Below are positions 12,760-25,660 of a stretch of DNA of 64,000 bases, piece by piece. Numbering within the stretch: position 1 is the stretch's first letter; the number at the start of each line of letters is the position of its first letter. Made by a program: the position numbers and the translations under genes. The notes beneath the pieces are model-generated. The model was not told where the DNA came from. It saw only the letters and a list, made by a program, of their open reading frames with translations, and searched no databases. The stretch comes from Chara braunii (taxonomy: Eukaryota; Plantae; Charophyceae). The stretch is taken from the NCBI GenBank assembly GCA_003427395.1, contig BFEA01000007.1:2682625-2746624 (forward strand), in the 5' to 3' direction.

Positions 12760-13420
12760 CTCTTCCAGGCCTCACGCGCCAACGCTGCTGGGTTACAAGG
12801 CAACACGACTCACCCCAACTCCGACCAGCGTCGTCCCAGCAGCAAGCCTTGGTTGTCCCTTGGGATGCCCACCCCAAAGCATCCCCATATCTCTCTACTA
12901 GGCCTCACGCTCCTGCATCAGCAGGTTACAAGGCAACACCCTAGCACCGGCCAGCATCGTTCTAGTATCAAACAGCTGCAGATCACTAAGTATAACAACA
13001 TCGAAACCGCCTAAGATGGGTTGCTAAAAGTCCATGGAGTCCTAAGACATTCTTAAGAACAACCAACTTTTTTTGTACTATCCAGATTCTACCAAGTCAC
13101 TAGAATGTGTGTAAAAAAACCTCCCAACCATGAATCAGAGGTGAAACCTATTCAATCCACCTACGACCACCACCAATATGGTTATTTTCAGCACGAACCG
13201 AAGCTCTTCCAGGCCTCATGCTCCCATCGGGTTAGGTTACAGAGTTGCACCACCTTGCTCCAGCACCGACCAACATTGCTCCAGTTACAACCCCCGAAGA
13301 TCACTGAGACTGCCCCCGCAAACAGCCCCCATATCTCTCTACCAGGCCTCACGCCCCCACTAAGGTAGGTCACAGAGTTGTGCCACCTGGCTCCGACTCC
13401 GGCCAGCGTTGCTCCAGCAT
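12760..13420. repeat. Four degenerate ~132-bp repeats arranged as two dimers
   Basis: CTCT(T/A)C(C/T)AGGCCTCA(C/T)GC...GG(T/C)ACA recurs at ~12760, 12892, 13204 and 13336. Confidence 0.7.
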
Positions 13421-13539
13421 AAGTCTTCAAGGGCCCCTGAATTTTCCACCACCCTTCGCAGGATCACAGATGACTTGCCAGATAGCACCTATTCCTACAA
13501 CCTCCTCGAGAGGCAAACCACATGGAAAGAAATACGAAA

Positions 13540-13782
13540 CACATGTCACACAATAAGGAGGGGACTCGTACACGGAAAAAAGGTCCTTCCTTGCACACAC
13601 ACATGGGGTAGAAGCCATGGCTGATGAAGAGGAGGACAAACGAAGATGGAGAGGGGAGAGAAGACTAAAGGAGAACTCGAAGTCGTCATGAAATAGTCTC
13701 CCTGTGAAATGTGCAGCCAATGTCAGCCCTAAAAAAATGTCAATTCAGATCCTAGGCGCACATAGGCTAAGAATAGTCATTG

Positions 13783-13873
<91 letters not shown>

Positions 13874-14806
13874 AGAGGAAGAAGAAGGAAAAGAGGGAGG
13901 AGGAGAAGAGGAAGAATACTAGTTATGGACGAGTGGATAAGAATTTGAAGGAGAGAAGAAGAAAAACTCTCTTGTGTCGCGTGCTCTTGATGATGATGAG
14001 ACAAATATTGACCAGCGAAAGTGACGACTCCAGATGCAGGTCACCGTCGAAGATCGGTCCCTTGACTCGTATGGAGTCCAAGCTATGACGCCCAGGTAAG
14101 TCTCTCTCTTCCTCCAAGACATGGCCTCCGCCAACCTCTCTACGCCAGCGTCCTGCAACTTTCCCCCAAGCTAGCGTTGCGCCAGCAACATGACGCCCAA
14201 CTGAAGCTCCGGCTGGAATGTCCTCAAAAGTGAACTGGCCCACATATATACCGCTGGGCCTGGCTGAGCAGTCCTCGGTCTGCAATCAAGACCATGGGAT
14301 CTGATGTCCTATCGATGGTCCTGATTGCAGGCCTAAGTCCTAGTTCTAAGATCCTGGCAAAAAATCGCATGATTGGGTCCCTACCGCACGTCCAGGCAAC
14401 CTTACTGATGCAATAGGTTCCTCAGTTCCGAGGACTTGCCCAAGCACAAGCAGACGAATGCCTGGTCCAGTCCCACATACAAACAAATTTGAACCTGCCC
14501 TACAATGGTCGAATCTGCAATCCAATGATTCGAACAGGCAGCTGCTTGTTCGGACAAGAAAAAAAGTCCGAATTCATACATCTGAAACAAACAAAAATAG
14601 TCCACAGACAAAACATAGCCTCAAACTCAGCGAAAATCAATAAATAAATGCTGGAAAAGGTTAGAGAATGGGCAAAGGGGATTAGCCTCAGCCAAAAACA
14701 TGGTCGTGGCCCACCAAGTCGCAGCAAAAGGGATTGTGTGGCCTGGGGGCCAAAAGGGAGAATACTTGACTTGAATGACCCTTCTAGGAGCCCCTAGGAT
14801 GTTGCA
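13540..14806 (-). repeat. 3' LTR of element B
   Basis: Colinear with 18681-19858, ends ...GATGTTGCA and contains (CT)n(TA)n. Confidence 0.85.
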
Positions 14807-14816
14807 CCCCTCCCTC
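14807..14816 (-). promoter_or_regulatory. Polypurine tract of element B
   Basis: CCCCTCCCTC (GAGGGAGGGG on the minus strand) abuts the LTR. Confidence 0.75.
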
Positions 14817-14904
14817 ATTGAAAAGTCTAGCTATGGCGAAGGTGAAGTTGAAAGGGCATCTGCATGGAGGGATGACAACATCCCCCAAACTCGAAGACGC
14901 AAGT

Positions 14905-15435
14905 GTGGTGAACAGTCGGTCTCCACGGCGAAAGAACGGAACCAAAGGCTGATTCCCCTCGCCCTCTGGTAAAAACCAGTGGCTTGGAGAATTGTGGCCG
15001 AAATGGGAACGTACCATTGCAAACTGATTGAGTAATCGAGGGCCGCAAGATTCGTAAATGAATCTGTAGGTGAAGAGTCGGTCGCCACAAGGAATGAAGC
15101 AAGAACCTCGTCGAGGAACCCATACACGTAGGATTTGAAAACAAATTTGTAGGTGAAAAGTCGGTCGCGAGAAACTCATCGAGTAACCGATGCATGCGAG
15201 ATCCAAAAACGAATCGGTAGGTGAAGAGTCGGTAGCCGCGACGAAATGAAACAAGAACATCCCCAAGCTCATCGAGTAACGATGGACATGAGAATCCGAC
15301 AAGGAATCTGTTGGTAAAGAGTCAGTTGCCGTGACGAAGGACGCCCACAAACTTGTCGAGCAACCGAGGCACGTGAGGTTTCAAAGACGTATCCATAGGT
15401 GAAAATTCGGTCAATGTGACAAGTGAAACAAGGAT
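14905..15435 (-). repeat. About six degenerate copies of the protease-RT linker sequence
   Basis: Recurrent GTAGGTGAAGAGTCGGTCGCC-like core translating to FVxATDSSPTDS...RLLDEF, as in the element A linker at ~5880-5960. Confidence 0.72.
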
Positions 15436-15499
15436 GAAGACCGCTTTCGTCGGCCGTGCACAAGCACGTGGCCCCAAAAACAATTGTGGCCTAAACAAA

Positions 15500-17051
15500 C
15501 TTCGCACCAGATCGAAGTGCACAGAGGAGGGATGGTACACGGAGCTTCGGCTCCGAAGGCGTCGCGAATGGTAATCGTCTGCCTATGGAAGTTGGCCGTG
15601 TGATTTGCGTGAGCAAGCCAAGGCACCCCAATATCGAAGTCTGTGTCTAATGCGTGGAAATTAACGACTTTGAGATCGTGCAAGGTGAAGTAAACAAGTA
15701 CATTGTCAATATGTTGCTCAATGACCGTCGTGAGGTATCGCTGCCTCCAAAGTTGTGTGCCCGATCATGCGAGGTGAAGTACACGAGGACCTTGTCAATA
15801 TGTTGCTCAATGACCACCGTGGGGTGACGCTACCTTCGAATTTGTATGTGCCAAGGCCAGCGCGATGAACGAATGACTGTGCTATGAAATAACGAGTCGG
15901 ACGCTTGTCGTATAAGGATCCGGACATGAAGGAGCAACGCGTAGCTGTAAGCATGTCGCTGCGTGCTAGCTCGCCTGGTCTTGGCTAAATAATCAACATG
16001 GTTGGCCACTGTGGCTCCGTCATCCATCGACGAAGATGGTGGTGCATAGAAGGATAAGTACGAGTGTGAATGAGCGCAACCTGCGACACCATGCGGTCCC
16101 AGTGAACAACTCGTAGGGAGAGGCAACCAAGTGAAATCCTCGAGGGTGAACGGGTTCAAGTCCTCTAAGTTGAACTCGCACACCGAATCCCCAGAAGAAG
16201 TCAAAAGCGTCGAAGTCGGACTGCAAACAGGCGGAGGGGAAATTGCAGAAGCGACAGGTATTCGTCTTTGAAGAAGGTGGTCCAGCACCCGATAAAGTCA
16301 GGTAGCGAGGTCCTTGAAAGCAGAAAAGTGACAGGTAGTCGTCCTTGAATAAGGTGGCCCAGCGGTCGAACTAGTCGGGCAGCAAGGTCCTTGAAAGCAG
16401 AAAAGAGAGGACTCTTGACTTCCGCATGTGACCTGAACCCAAGGGGGGAGACAACCTGATCCAGCGACATTGGGAGTGTAGTCGCACCACTTCCGAAGGG
16501 ACCCAATTTATCGAACGGTTTGAGCGGGCAGCGATCTCGTCATCATCGTTGTTGCACCACAAGCGATACTTCATCTGCGTCCAATACGTGGCCTCAGAGA
16601 TGTTGTATCGGGTCCGAGGCCCCTGAGTCAGTGGTCTAGTCGGTGCATGACTTCTTCTTGCGCTTGGCTTTCCACTTGGGCGTAAAACCCCCTCTACGGG
16701 GTGCTGCTACCGTATCACCCTTTGTTCGTGGTAGCAGCGTGTTCGTCAACATCGATGGCCGACAAACTCACGGCCACCGCAACGTACTGAAGCTCGTACT
16801 GTCCCCTGTTCGATGCCGCAAATGTCGATAAAGTAATCTGCGGGGCCTTGTGTGTTGTTGGTGCTGCATCGTCTGCCAATTGGCGAGCCTTCTCTGCCTC
16901 TGCTTCATTCTTCTTGCGAGTCGCGGAAGCCTCGAGTCCTCGACCACTCTGTTCTTGAGCTCCTCAGTAAGGGAGTTCATGTGGACTATGTAGGCCTTGT
17001 TGGTTTCCTTTGCCTCGCGGCGGGTCAGATCAGCCAACATCAAACTCCCAT
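15500..17051 (-). pseudogene. Deleted gag plus protease remnants of element B, including a ~90-bp tandem duplication at 15679-15852
   Basis: MLADLTRREAKETNKAY (gag N-terminus), a zinc-knuckle remnant, and protease segments LLHVRI...TRYFIAQSF and LDTDFDIGVPWL. Capsid core and protease active site appear deleted. Confidence 0.75.
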
Positions 17052-18522
17052 TCCGTGTGGTCTATAGTTGTGACTTGCAATTTCAAATCCGAAGAAAACA
17101 GTGCGCGTTGTGGCCTGCTGATGTGGCATGGATGGCGTGGCCTGTTGACGTGTTGCCACTGATGTGTCACAAGTGACGTGTCAATGCTGACGTGTGACTT
17201 ACCATGTCGTCCACATGGAAGGAAGGAGGAGAAGATATGAAAGAAGAACTGCAACATGCACAACCGGGTTGGGAGGGAGGGAATAATAAAATTACACTAT
17301 TTCCTCACCCCCCATAGGGCAAAACAGTCGTATGAATTCACTACAACTAAGGGGAAAACTAATCCAAAATAAAATTCAGAATTTGTTTGCGAAACGAAAA
17401 GGAAAATTGCAGCAATAATTTTTGAAAGCAAGAAAGTTTCCCATAACTGCAGAAATACATAAAAAGAAAAAGAAGGATTTGAAGACTCTTGCAGCAGTTT
17501 CAAAGTATTGCAGGCATTGAGGCGAGAGAACTAGGTGGTTTTAAAAAATAAATAAATTTCAGATTTGCCAAAAAGAAAATTCATGTTGCACGTCTGATTG
17601 AGAAAGTCCTAAAATCTCTGGGGCCGAGCCCCTTTTGAAATTTCAAGTCAAGAAGAAAATGCTCAGAATTCCTACTGCCAAAAGGGAAAAGGAAAAATAA
17701 CAAAAATGGGAAAATGAGGTGATCACCCAGATACGAGGGAACTAGGGGGGCTTACTAGAAAGACGAAAGTAAAATAAAAATTCGGATTTGCACAAAAAAA
17801 ATAAAATAAATCGGAGTCCAAACCTCTTCTAAATGCCACTAGTCAGCAAGCCAATTTTGGAATGTTTGCAGAAACCAATCAGAAGATTTAGAAGTGAAAA
17901 AAAATATTAATAATAAAAATGAGAAGGCATCCGATATTCGCAGTCGAAAAAGAAATCCGAAATACTGAAGTACCGATTGTTAACATGAGAGAGAAATACA
18001 AAATTTCAAATTTTCTAGCCAGCGAAAACAAATTGCTACAATTTCGGAATAAATCCGAGAAAGTGAGAAATAGTGAGTTCAAAATTTCAGGAAAAGACAA
18101 AGAAATTCGTGGCGATTTTCTGAAAAAGAAATTTGCAAAAATAGAGTGAAACTCCAATTTTCAGAAAAGAAAATTGAATTCCCCCCAAAAATGTGAAACT
18201 GCAACAGAAACACGAACTTCCAACTAGGAGTAACTTGATTTTAATCAGAGACATGAGAAAGTTGCAAATGCTGGGGGTAAAGAAAAAAAATCCTGCTAAT
18301 AATCAAAGAGGGAATTAATCTATTAATCAGTCAATCGACCAATTAATCGATCAATCGATCAATCAACCAATCAAGCAGTCAATTAAGTCACCATGATCAA
18401 TTGAATGCTGATTGATGAATTAATGCACTGATTGATCAACGATCACAACCAATCAACTTCCTCCACTGATCAATCGGAGTCGGGCCAGTGCTGCTTCACT
18501 CTAAACCGCTCAAATTCCAAAG

Positions 18523-18890
18523 TGATGCATGCTTATATGAAGATGAGCGATGCACATGTCCAAGGAGCACCAATGTGATCAACATGAAGCAGAATAAAAG
18601 GATAAAATGCAATGTAGTATAGCGGAAGCCTCAAAGATATGAACTTACACATCAAATCCAGACTTCACACAATCATCATCACACATGTCACCAGCAAGGA
18701 GGGGACTCGTACACAGGAGAAAGTTTCCTCCTTGCACACAGACATGGGGAAGAAATCATCAAAGATGGAGGGGAGGAGAGATGAAGATGGAGAGGGGAAA
18801 GAAGAGAAGAGTAAAACTTGAAGTCATCCAAGAAATGGTCTACCTGTTGAATTAGATCTTGGGCGCACATAGGCCTGAAATAGTCACTGC

Positions 18891-18958
<68 letters not shown>

Positions 18959-19858
18959 AAGAAGAAGAAAACGAGGGAGGAGGAGGAGAAGAAGAATAGT
19001 GGCTATGGAGGAGCAAAGAAGAATTAGGAGACAGAGAAGATAAAGACGAACTCTCCTCTGTCGCGCGCTCCTGATGACGATGCCATAATGTTGACCAGCA
19101 AAGTTGATGACTCCTAATGCAGGTTTCCCCATGACTGGTATGGAGTCCTTGCTATGGTGCCCAAGTAACTCTCTCTCTCTCTCTCCTGGACATAGCCTCC
19201 GCCAATCTCTCCACTCCAGCCTACTCTACTCGTCCAGTGTTGCTCCATCACAACTCTCCCCAACTGGCGCTGCTAAGAAGCGCGACGCCCAACTGAGGCT
19301 CCAGTCGGAATGTCCTCAAAGTGGACTGGCCCAACTATATACCGTTGGGCCTGGCTGAGCAGTCCTGGCTCTGCAATCAGGACCGTCAGATATAATGTTC
19401 GATCTTAATCCTACGATCCTGGCCAAAAATGGCCTGCCAGGGTCCTTATCGGACGTCGAGGCAACCCTGTTGATGCAATACTCGAGGACTGGGCCAGGCA
19501 CAAGCAGACGAATGCCTGGTTCAGTCCCACAGATAGACAAATTTGAACCTGGCCTACAACGTTAAGACCTGAAATCCAATGGTCTGAACAAGCTTCTGCC
19601 TGTTCGGACAGGAAGAAAAGTCTAAACGACACAACAAACAAAAATAGTCCAAACAAAATCGAGCCAAACTCGCTCAGGAAAAATAAATGAATAAATGTTG
19701 GAAAAGGAATGAGAATGGGACAAAGGGTAGGAGCCTCGACCCAAAATGTGGTCGTGGCCCACCAAGTCGCCCAACCAAAGGGGTTGTGTGCGGCCTGGGG
19801 GCTAAAAAGGAGAATACTGGGCCTGAAGGGCCCATCCATGAGCCCCTAGGATGCTACA
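18523..19858 (-). repeat. 5' LTR of element B
   Basis: TGATGCATGC...GATGCTACA, preceded by a degenerate PBS and an AATC-rich tract. Confidence 0.85.
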
Positions 19859-20066
19859 CCCCCGCTCCCCCTCTCCCGCCCCCACCCAAGAAGAAACAGA
19901 ACATTGAACCCCCCTCCGCTGTAGATTAAAAAGAAAAATGTCGGAGCATAGAGTCCTGCCTTCGGGGTTGATGTCATACCTTGGCTGACACACGAGATCC
20001 AATTGGTCATCTCTATGTGTTCGTCATGTGCAAGGTTCGTAAGTCCTACCACCGAGAAAAGTATAG

Positions 20067-20990
20067 TGTCGGGGGGCCTGACGGTTGGGCCCTCTAAGAT
20101 CCAGCCTAGTGAGCAGCACTGATTTTATGGTGGGCTCGATAGATGCGGGGATCCGAGCTCCTTGGCAGAGCCCTTTTAGGCTTCAAGGTGCACGCCCTAA
20201 GTGCAAGTGGGCCAGAAAATGCTCGAAGGCCTATTTTTGGCTGACAGTCCGCCCTGGACCGCGCACCAGTTTGTTACATCCAGGCGGGCCTGTATGACCA
20301 GTAATAGAATCACAACAGCCAGCAGTAACCACGTCGAGCCGTTAGCCACCTCAACCGACTGGGCCAGGGAACATTTTGGAATGGCGCTGGGCGCATATAT
20401 GAGGCACCGTCGTGAAGCTACTGTGTACCACGCGCATGCGGCCAAGCAGGGCCAAGGCAACAATCCACTTTCCATAGTGGAAAAGTGTCTGCCTCCAGAG
20501 TCCAGGGACATTCTGGCTGGAGGGTGCTGCGGCAACGATGCTTGGACGCACGCTGGTTTGAGGCAGGGCGCTGGCCAGTGGAAAGCGCGCACACGAACGC
20601 TGGTGAAGTGCGTTGTTGAGTGCAGCGCTGCACTGCAGCCATAGCCAAGCCACACGTGCATGGGAGCTGGTGGGGATGGTGGAGGTTTGGGTGGAGGTGG
20701 AGAGCCTGTGGAAAGACAAGGCAACGGATGAGTGTGAGAGGGAAAGAGACACGTACCTGGCTTAGTGTGGAGGTCTGCATGGGAGACATCTTCATTTACA
20801 TCGGTCTTCTACACTGGATGCATTGTCAATGGAGGCGAGTTGGGGTTGGCATGAGCAATTTAGTTTATTGCTTCTCTCCTATTTGGTGTTTACTTGGTGC
20901 ACTACTTTCTGTTCAGCACACGACTATCCGGCTTGCATTGTGATGCTGCAATTTGGTTTCTGTCATTTGCTCTCTCTCATATTCCCTGCA
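20067..20990 (+). mobile_element. LTR related to 1255-2331 (start approximate)
   Basis: Shared blocks GGCAGAGCCC...GCCCTAAGTG, CTGGGC.CATATA and GAGA.ACGTACC. Ends ...TGCA just before a PBS. Confidence 0.65.
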
Positions 20991-20993
20991 ATT

Positions 20994-21005
20994 TGGTATC
21001 AGAGC
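20994..21005 (+). promoter_or_regulatory. Primer-binding site (tRNA-iMet)
   Basis: TGGTATCAGAGC immediately after the LTR end. Confidence 0.88.
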
Positions 21006-23519
21006 TGGTTCGAACCGCTCCATCGGCGCTGGTGCCTTTGTGATTCAGCACTCTGGTGTGGTTTACCAGTTCAGTGGAGATACTTTGGTGCTGAAGACGA
21101 CATTGCATTGTATTATGGGTGTTGTCAATGCTATGACTAGTCATCGAAATGCACGACGACTCAATTGGTGAGAAATTTATGGTTGGGGGCAGCGAACGAG
21201 GTATGTTGTCTCTAACCTCATACACCGTCTATAATGCTTCTTGCAGTGAGGAAGTGCATCTAACTTGACAGTCCTTTCTTGGTTTAGGGGTCGTGAGCAC
21301 TTTACCTTGAGAGACAATTTTCTTCCTGAGGAGCATGCTGGTGGGAGAGGGCGGTGCTTTCTTAAGGACCTTAGACGGAGCACGGGTCACGGCGGAAGCC
21401 AATCTTTGGGAGTAGTGTACGTACGCATTTCTGCTTTGTCCTTGTGATGCTCTTGCTGTGCAGTAGAGGTGGTGCTGGGCAGGCCAGCTATGGGGGATTG
21501 ACGTGTATTGAACTGTCACTAAAGATACTCAGGGGGGGGCAATCGACTCGCACTGAATGCGAGGGTAAAAATAATGCAAACGGGGCAGGCCAACCAATCA
21601 CTTACCTGGGGCACACGGCGGGCCGTTGTGCACACCTTTAGACACTGCACTCATCCAATGCTTTCAGGACATTGTTGGTGATAAAGACAATTAAGTAGAA
21701 TTCAGGGGGATGGTGGGTTCCGGTTGACAACGTGATTATCTGCTTCTATATACCTTCCTTTAGTAAGCATCCTTGCAAATGATTTTATTTGATTTTGACG
21801 AGTTGTAACAGATTGCTGATTGTGCTCCAGATACAGACAGGGATAGCTAAAAAAATAAAAATAAAGGCAGTTGAAAGTAACTGCTTCTCTAAGTGTGCTG
21901 GCCAATTTGTTGCATCGCTGTTGTTAAGTGAGGGGAGAGGCTGTTGGAGGAAGACTTGGTGGTTTGCAAGGAAGTCGGAGAGTAAAAGAATGGCAGCCAT
22001 AGCCAACGGGTGCCAGTGGGAAACTCTCTGCCCCTCTTTTTTTCTCATGCTGCGGTTGTTGGGTTGCATCCGGGGCCGATTGTGTGGCAATCAACACCCA
22101 TTTTAGTAGGGTTACGTTGCAAATATTGCCACACGACATCGACAATAATTTATCTAAAGGGAGGTGTTGCTCGTTTGGTAGCGTGGCAATAGTGACATGC
22201 TGAGGGAGACCAGATTTTCAGCACGCCGACAACATTCTGAGGGGAGATGCTAACGAAGTTGTGCAGCGGAGAGAGCTGTTTTTTACGAGCTCAAGTAGCG
22301 GTGCTGTCGTAGCCTGCCGAAATTGCGCCGTAGAGTGAGTTTTTTTGATAGAGCGGCGGTGCTGCTAGAACGACATTGTTGCTAGAACAACAGTGCTGAC
22401 GGTTTGGCGGCGTGGCAGTAGCGATCAATCGTTGAGATGGTGGCGCTTGCGACATTTGTACCAGAAGCCCACCCTTTTTATGGAAGGGGAGGACGTGCAA
22501 CGCAAACCGTTCTGTTTGTGGGACCATCTGGTGCTACGACGTCAGTTGGAGGTTGCGTTGAGCTATATTGGGAACCTTTTTGGTGATGCGGTACTAATGG
22601 GAGGCTGCATAAAGCTATTTTGGGCCAAATTGAGATTGGAACCCAAGTGGTTGTTGAGATTACCTTGTGTGGGACGCGGTAATTGGAGGTAATTTGAACG
22701 ACAATTGAATTAAGGCAGTCCTCGGAGGTTGAGGAGCAATGAGACTGTTTTTGGATTGCAGTTGGGTCCGCAATTGGAACTGCGTGAGACTTATTATTGA
22801 GAGCACTCTCCTAGAAGGTTATCTCGTTCAAGTCGTTTTCAGTGGATTCAACTTTCACCTATTCGGGCGCTTAGGGAAGGACGCAAATGACTGTATTATG
22901 GACGAACCACAACTAGTGTTGTGGGCCACGTATTTTGGGTTTTAGCGGCAATTTACTAGGTTGGGAAAAAACTTCTTGAGTAAGTCAACCCAAACTTCAT
23001 TCGAGGTTAGTTGATTGACTCGGATTTTCCCTCACGCCTTACGAACCCATACCTTGCTTTACCTTCGTTTTCTTTTGAATGTTCAAAAAATCAGAAAAAG
23101 CTTCACTCAAGGTCAGTTGATTGACTCGGTTTCCCCTCACGCCTGCGTGAACCCACACGTTGATTGACCTTAATTTTTTTTTAAATGTTAAAAAATTAGA
23201 AAAGTTGATGGTGTCAAGAAGTGATGGCGAAAATGATTGTCTTGCACTCAACCTCTTGCGTGCCTCAAGATGGAGTTATGTCTCAGAATGGGAAACATTT
23301 TAGTGGGTGTCGTAAAATGACCTTGTGAATTTGAAGACGAAGAATAAGTTAATTGGAATTTGTTCAAACGCCCCATCTTGATCTATGCACCGTCTAAATG
23401 AAATTACTTTCCTCGCTGCTTCCTTCATCCCACTTCGTCTAGGTTTCCCTTGATGATGGAGGAAATGAACAGGTAGAGTTACCGTAGTTGGTGAGATTTC
23501 ATCTTTATAGGAAGGGCCT

Positions 23520-25660
23520 AAGCTAGGGGATAGTTGCTTTAGGAGCCGGACCCATTAACGACTTGGGGTATGGGTCCACCCACATAGACCCAAACATCGG
23601 GGGAAGTACTCTGCGATTCGGTGGTGACAGCCCGAACTCTGAGATTCGTGCTTCGTGCTCGGACGACGGGGAGTACCTCAGCCTACCTCCCATAGAATTG
23701 GGGACGTACGAACTAAGGGAAGCCTTGGCTACCCCCAGAGTCTCAATCAAAGGGAGACCGTTTTAGTACACCTAGGAAGTGACCGACTTAGGTGCCACTA
23801 GCAGGTGGGGGACTGGTGTCATAAGAAGCCCCGTTCGTGAAATTACTAGTCTGGAATGGGGTGCAAGTAGGCACCACTACCGCGGAAGGCTTGTGCCACA
23901 ATAAGTATGAACCTAGAAAGTCACGATAAGGCCCTGCGGGCCCTGTGGGGAAGCGACAACTTGTGTAAATCAACGGTGGCATAGTCAGACAATCGTCGAG
24001 TTGTAGAAATTGATATATATTAAGGTAAGAGATTTACACTAAGATGATGCTTTCCCGTCTGTCCATGTGACTATGGCATTTGTGATTATTATCTTAGTCC
24101 CAAGACGAGAAGTTGTTGATAGGGGCCGAAAGGCAAGGAAAGGCGTTAGACCTCATTGGGCGCATGGTCTATGATCCAATTGAAGTTTTTCCATCAGGAA
24201 GAGAGTTAAGGATGGATCACGGAACAGTGAGAAACCCTCCACGGGCATACCTTTTTATAACCTCAACTCTGGCGCAATATGAGTCTAGCTTTTGTCGGGC
24301 TCGACGACTGGAGTGGATTGACCTTCATATTGTTTACACATTCAAGAAAAAGGAGTTGCGAGCGTATTTCGACCTCGAATCTTGTGGTTTAAGGCTTATC
24401 CTCTACTACGATGCCCGCTTAGGTCCATTTGAAAACATAGAGTTTTACGAGCATATTCGCGCCAATCGATTTGAGTACGTGGACATGCGAACTTTTGATG
24501 GATTGACTTACGGGCTTGAGGTATGTAACCTGCAGCAAGTTGTTGCATAATGTGTCTCAATTCTGTGGGCAGATGGATGGTGGCCGGCGGGATCTAACAC
24601 AGTAGGGTACCTTTTGGTTCGCGATACTTCCGATTAGGAGTTAATTCGACGGGCGGAACAACTTTTGTTGATGCAGGAAGGTGTGGCGACTCGGTGGATC
24701 GGTTTCATCGGCATGCTCAGAGACAAGCAAGGATTTTTCCCATACTCGCGTGTGGATTTTCGTGCCAATGTGGCTTGACTCCTAAAAGATTTTTACTTTG
24801 CGGGTAACCTCTAATACCTCTCTCGAGTCATTACGAGTGTAAGAATTACCCAACTGGCGACCACTTTAGCCTCGTCTGGATTAGGAATACCATGACACGG
24901 CACCCTATCGGAATGAGAACACTTTTCTTAGGCATAGTGTGGAGGCTTGCCTCTCCGGCGATCGCCCTTTATGGCACTCAAACGATTTAGGTCATGCACG
25001 ATTCTCACATCACGAAGTTCGTTTTCGATGACGCCGAACTCGCACGCCTTGATCTTTTGAAGACTTGGGTTCGAGAATGACATTCACTGTACCATGGCTA
25101 AGTGTGACCTTTTGCGAGTTTCACTAGACCCATAAGGGTGATTCCACCTAATTGTTCATGTAGCAGAGGCATTATACTTCGACTGTATGAGGTAGTAAAA
25201 AACTAAAAATCTTTAAGTTAGAACCAACCGGATGGATAGTATTTGGATTGCCCCGATGATGGTACTATCATGCTTCCACATTGAGGGGTAATCATGGGCG
25301 CGAAAATAAAAGTCACACGCAGGCATTGGTCAAGATTTGAGACATCCCTTCTTTCACAATGACGAAGGGTTGTAGAGACATGATGAAGTTAGTAGATGAG
25401 AGACTAAAAGGGTTGCAGGCCAGGGTCGAAAGGATTCGTGGTCGGACGATTGTCGGACTAGGGCATTAATAAATGTCAGTTTTGGGTGAATAACATAGGT
25501 AGGTGTTGCTACCTGCGGATATAAATCCTTGCCAGACATACAACACTTCGAGTAAGGTATCTGATCAAGAATCATTCGCAAAATTGTATGTCATCCAAGA
25601 AGATTAAAGATGCAAGGGACAAGTGTATACGCGCTTTATCCTAAGTTGGAATGAATAGCT
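23520..25660 (+). pseudogene. Decayed long ORF of unknown origin
   Basis: The frame of the 145-aa ORF (24113-24550) runs about 245 codons with only four stops. Further protein-like segments lie in adjacent frames. No family recognised. Confidence 0.45.

Larger units (their letters stand above)
13540..19858 (-). mobile_element. Non-autonomous Gypsy element B (deletion derivative; gag and protease remnants only)
   Basis: LTRs at 13540-14806 (clipped) and 18523-19858, PPT at 14807-14816, degenerate PBS at ~18508-18519. The internal region has no RT, RNase H or integrase. Confidence 0.82.

Noticed and set aside
14905-15435. Repeat-spacer pattern resembling a CRISPR array
   Set aside because: Repeats are degenerate and irregularly spaced, derive from the Gypsy linker, and no cas genes are present.
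19859-19885. PPT-like pyrimidine run outside the 5' LTR of element B (possible shared-LTR tandem)
   Set aside because: No pol sequence follows it, so it may be a chance C-rich flank.
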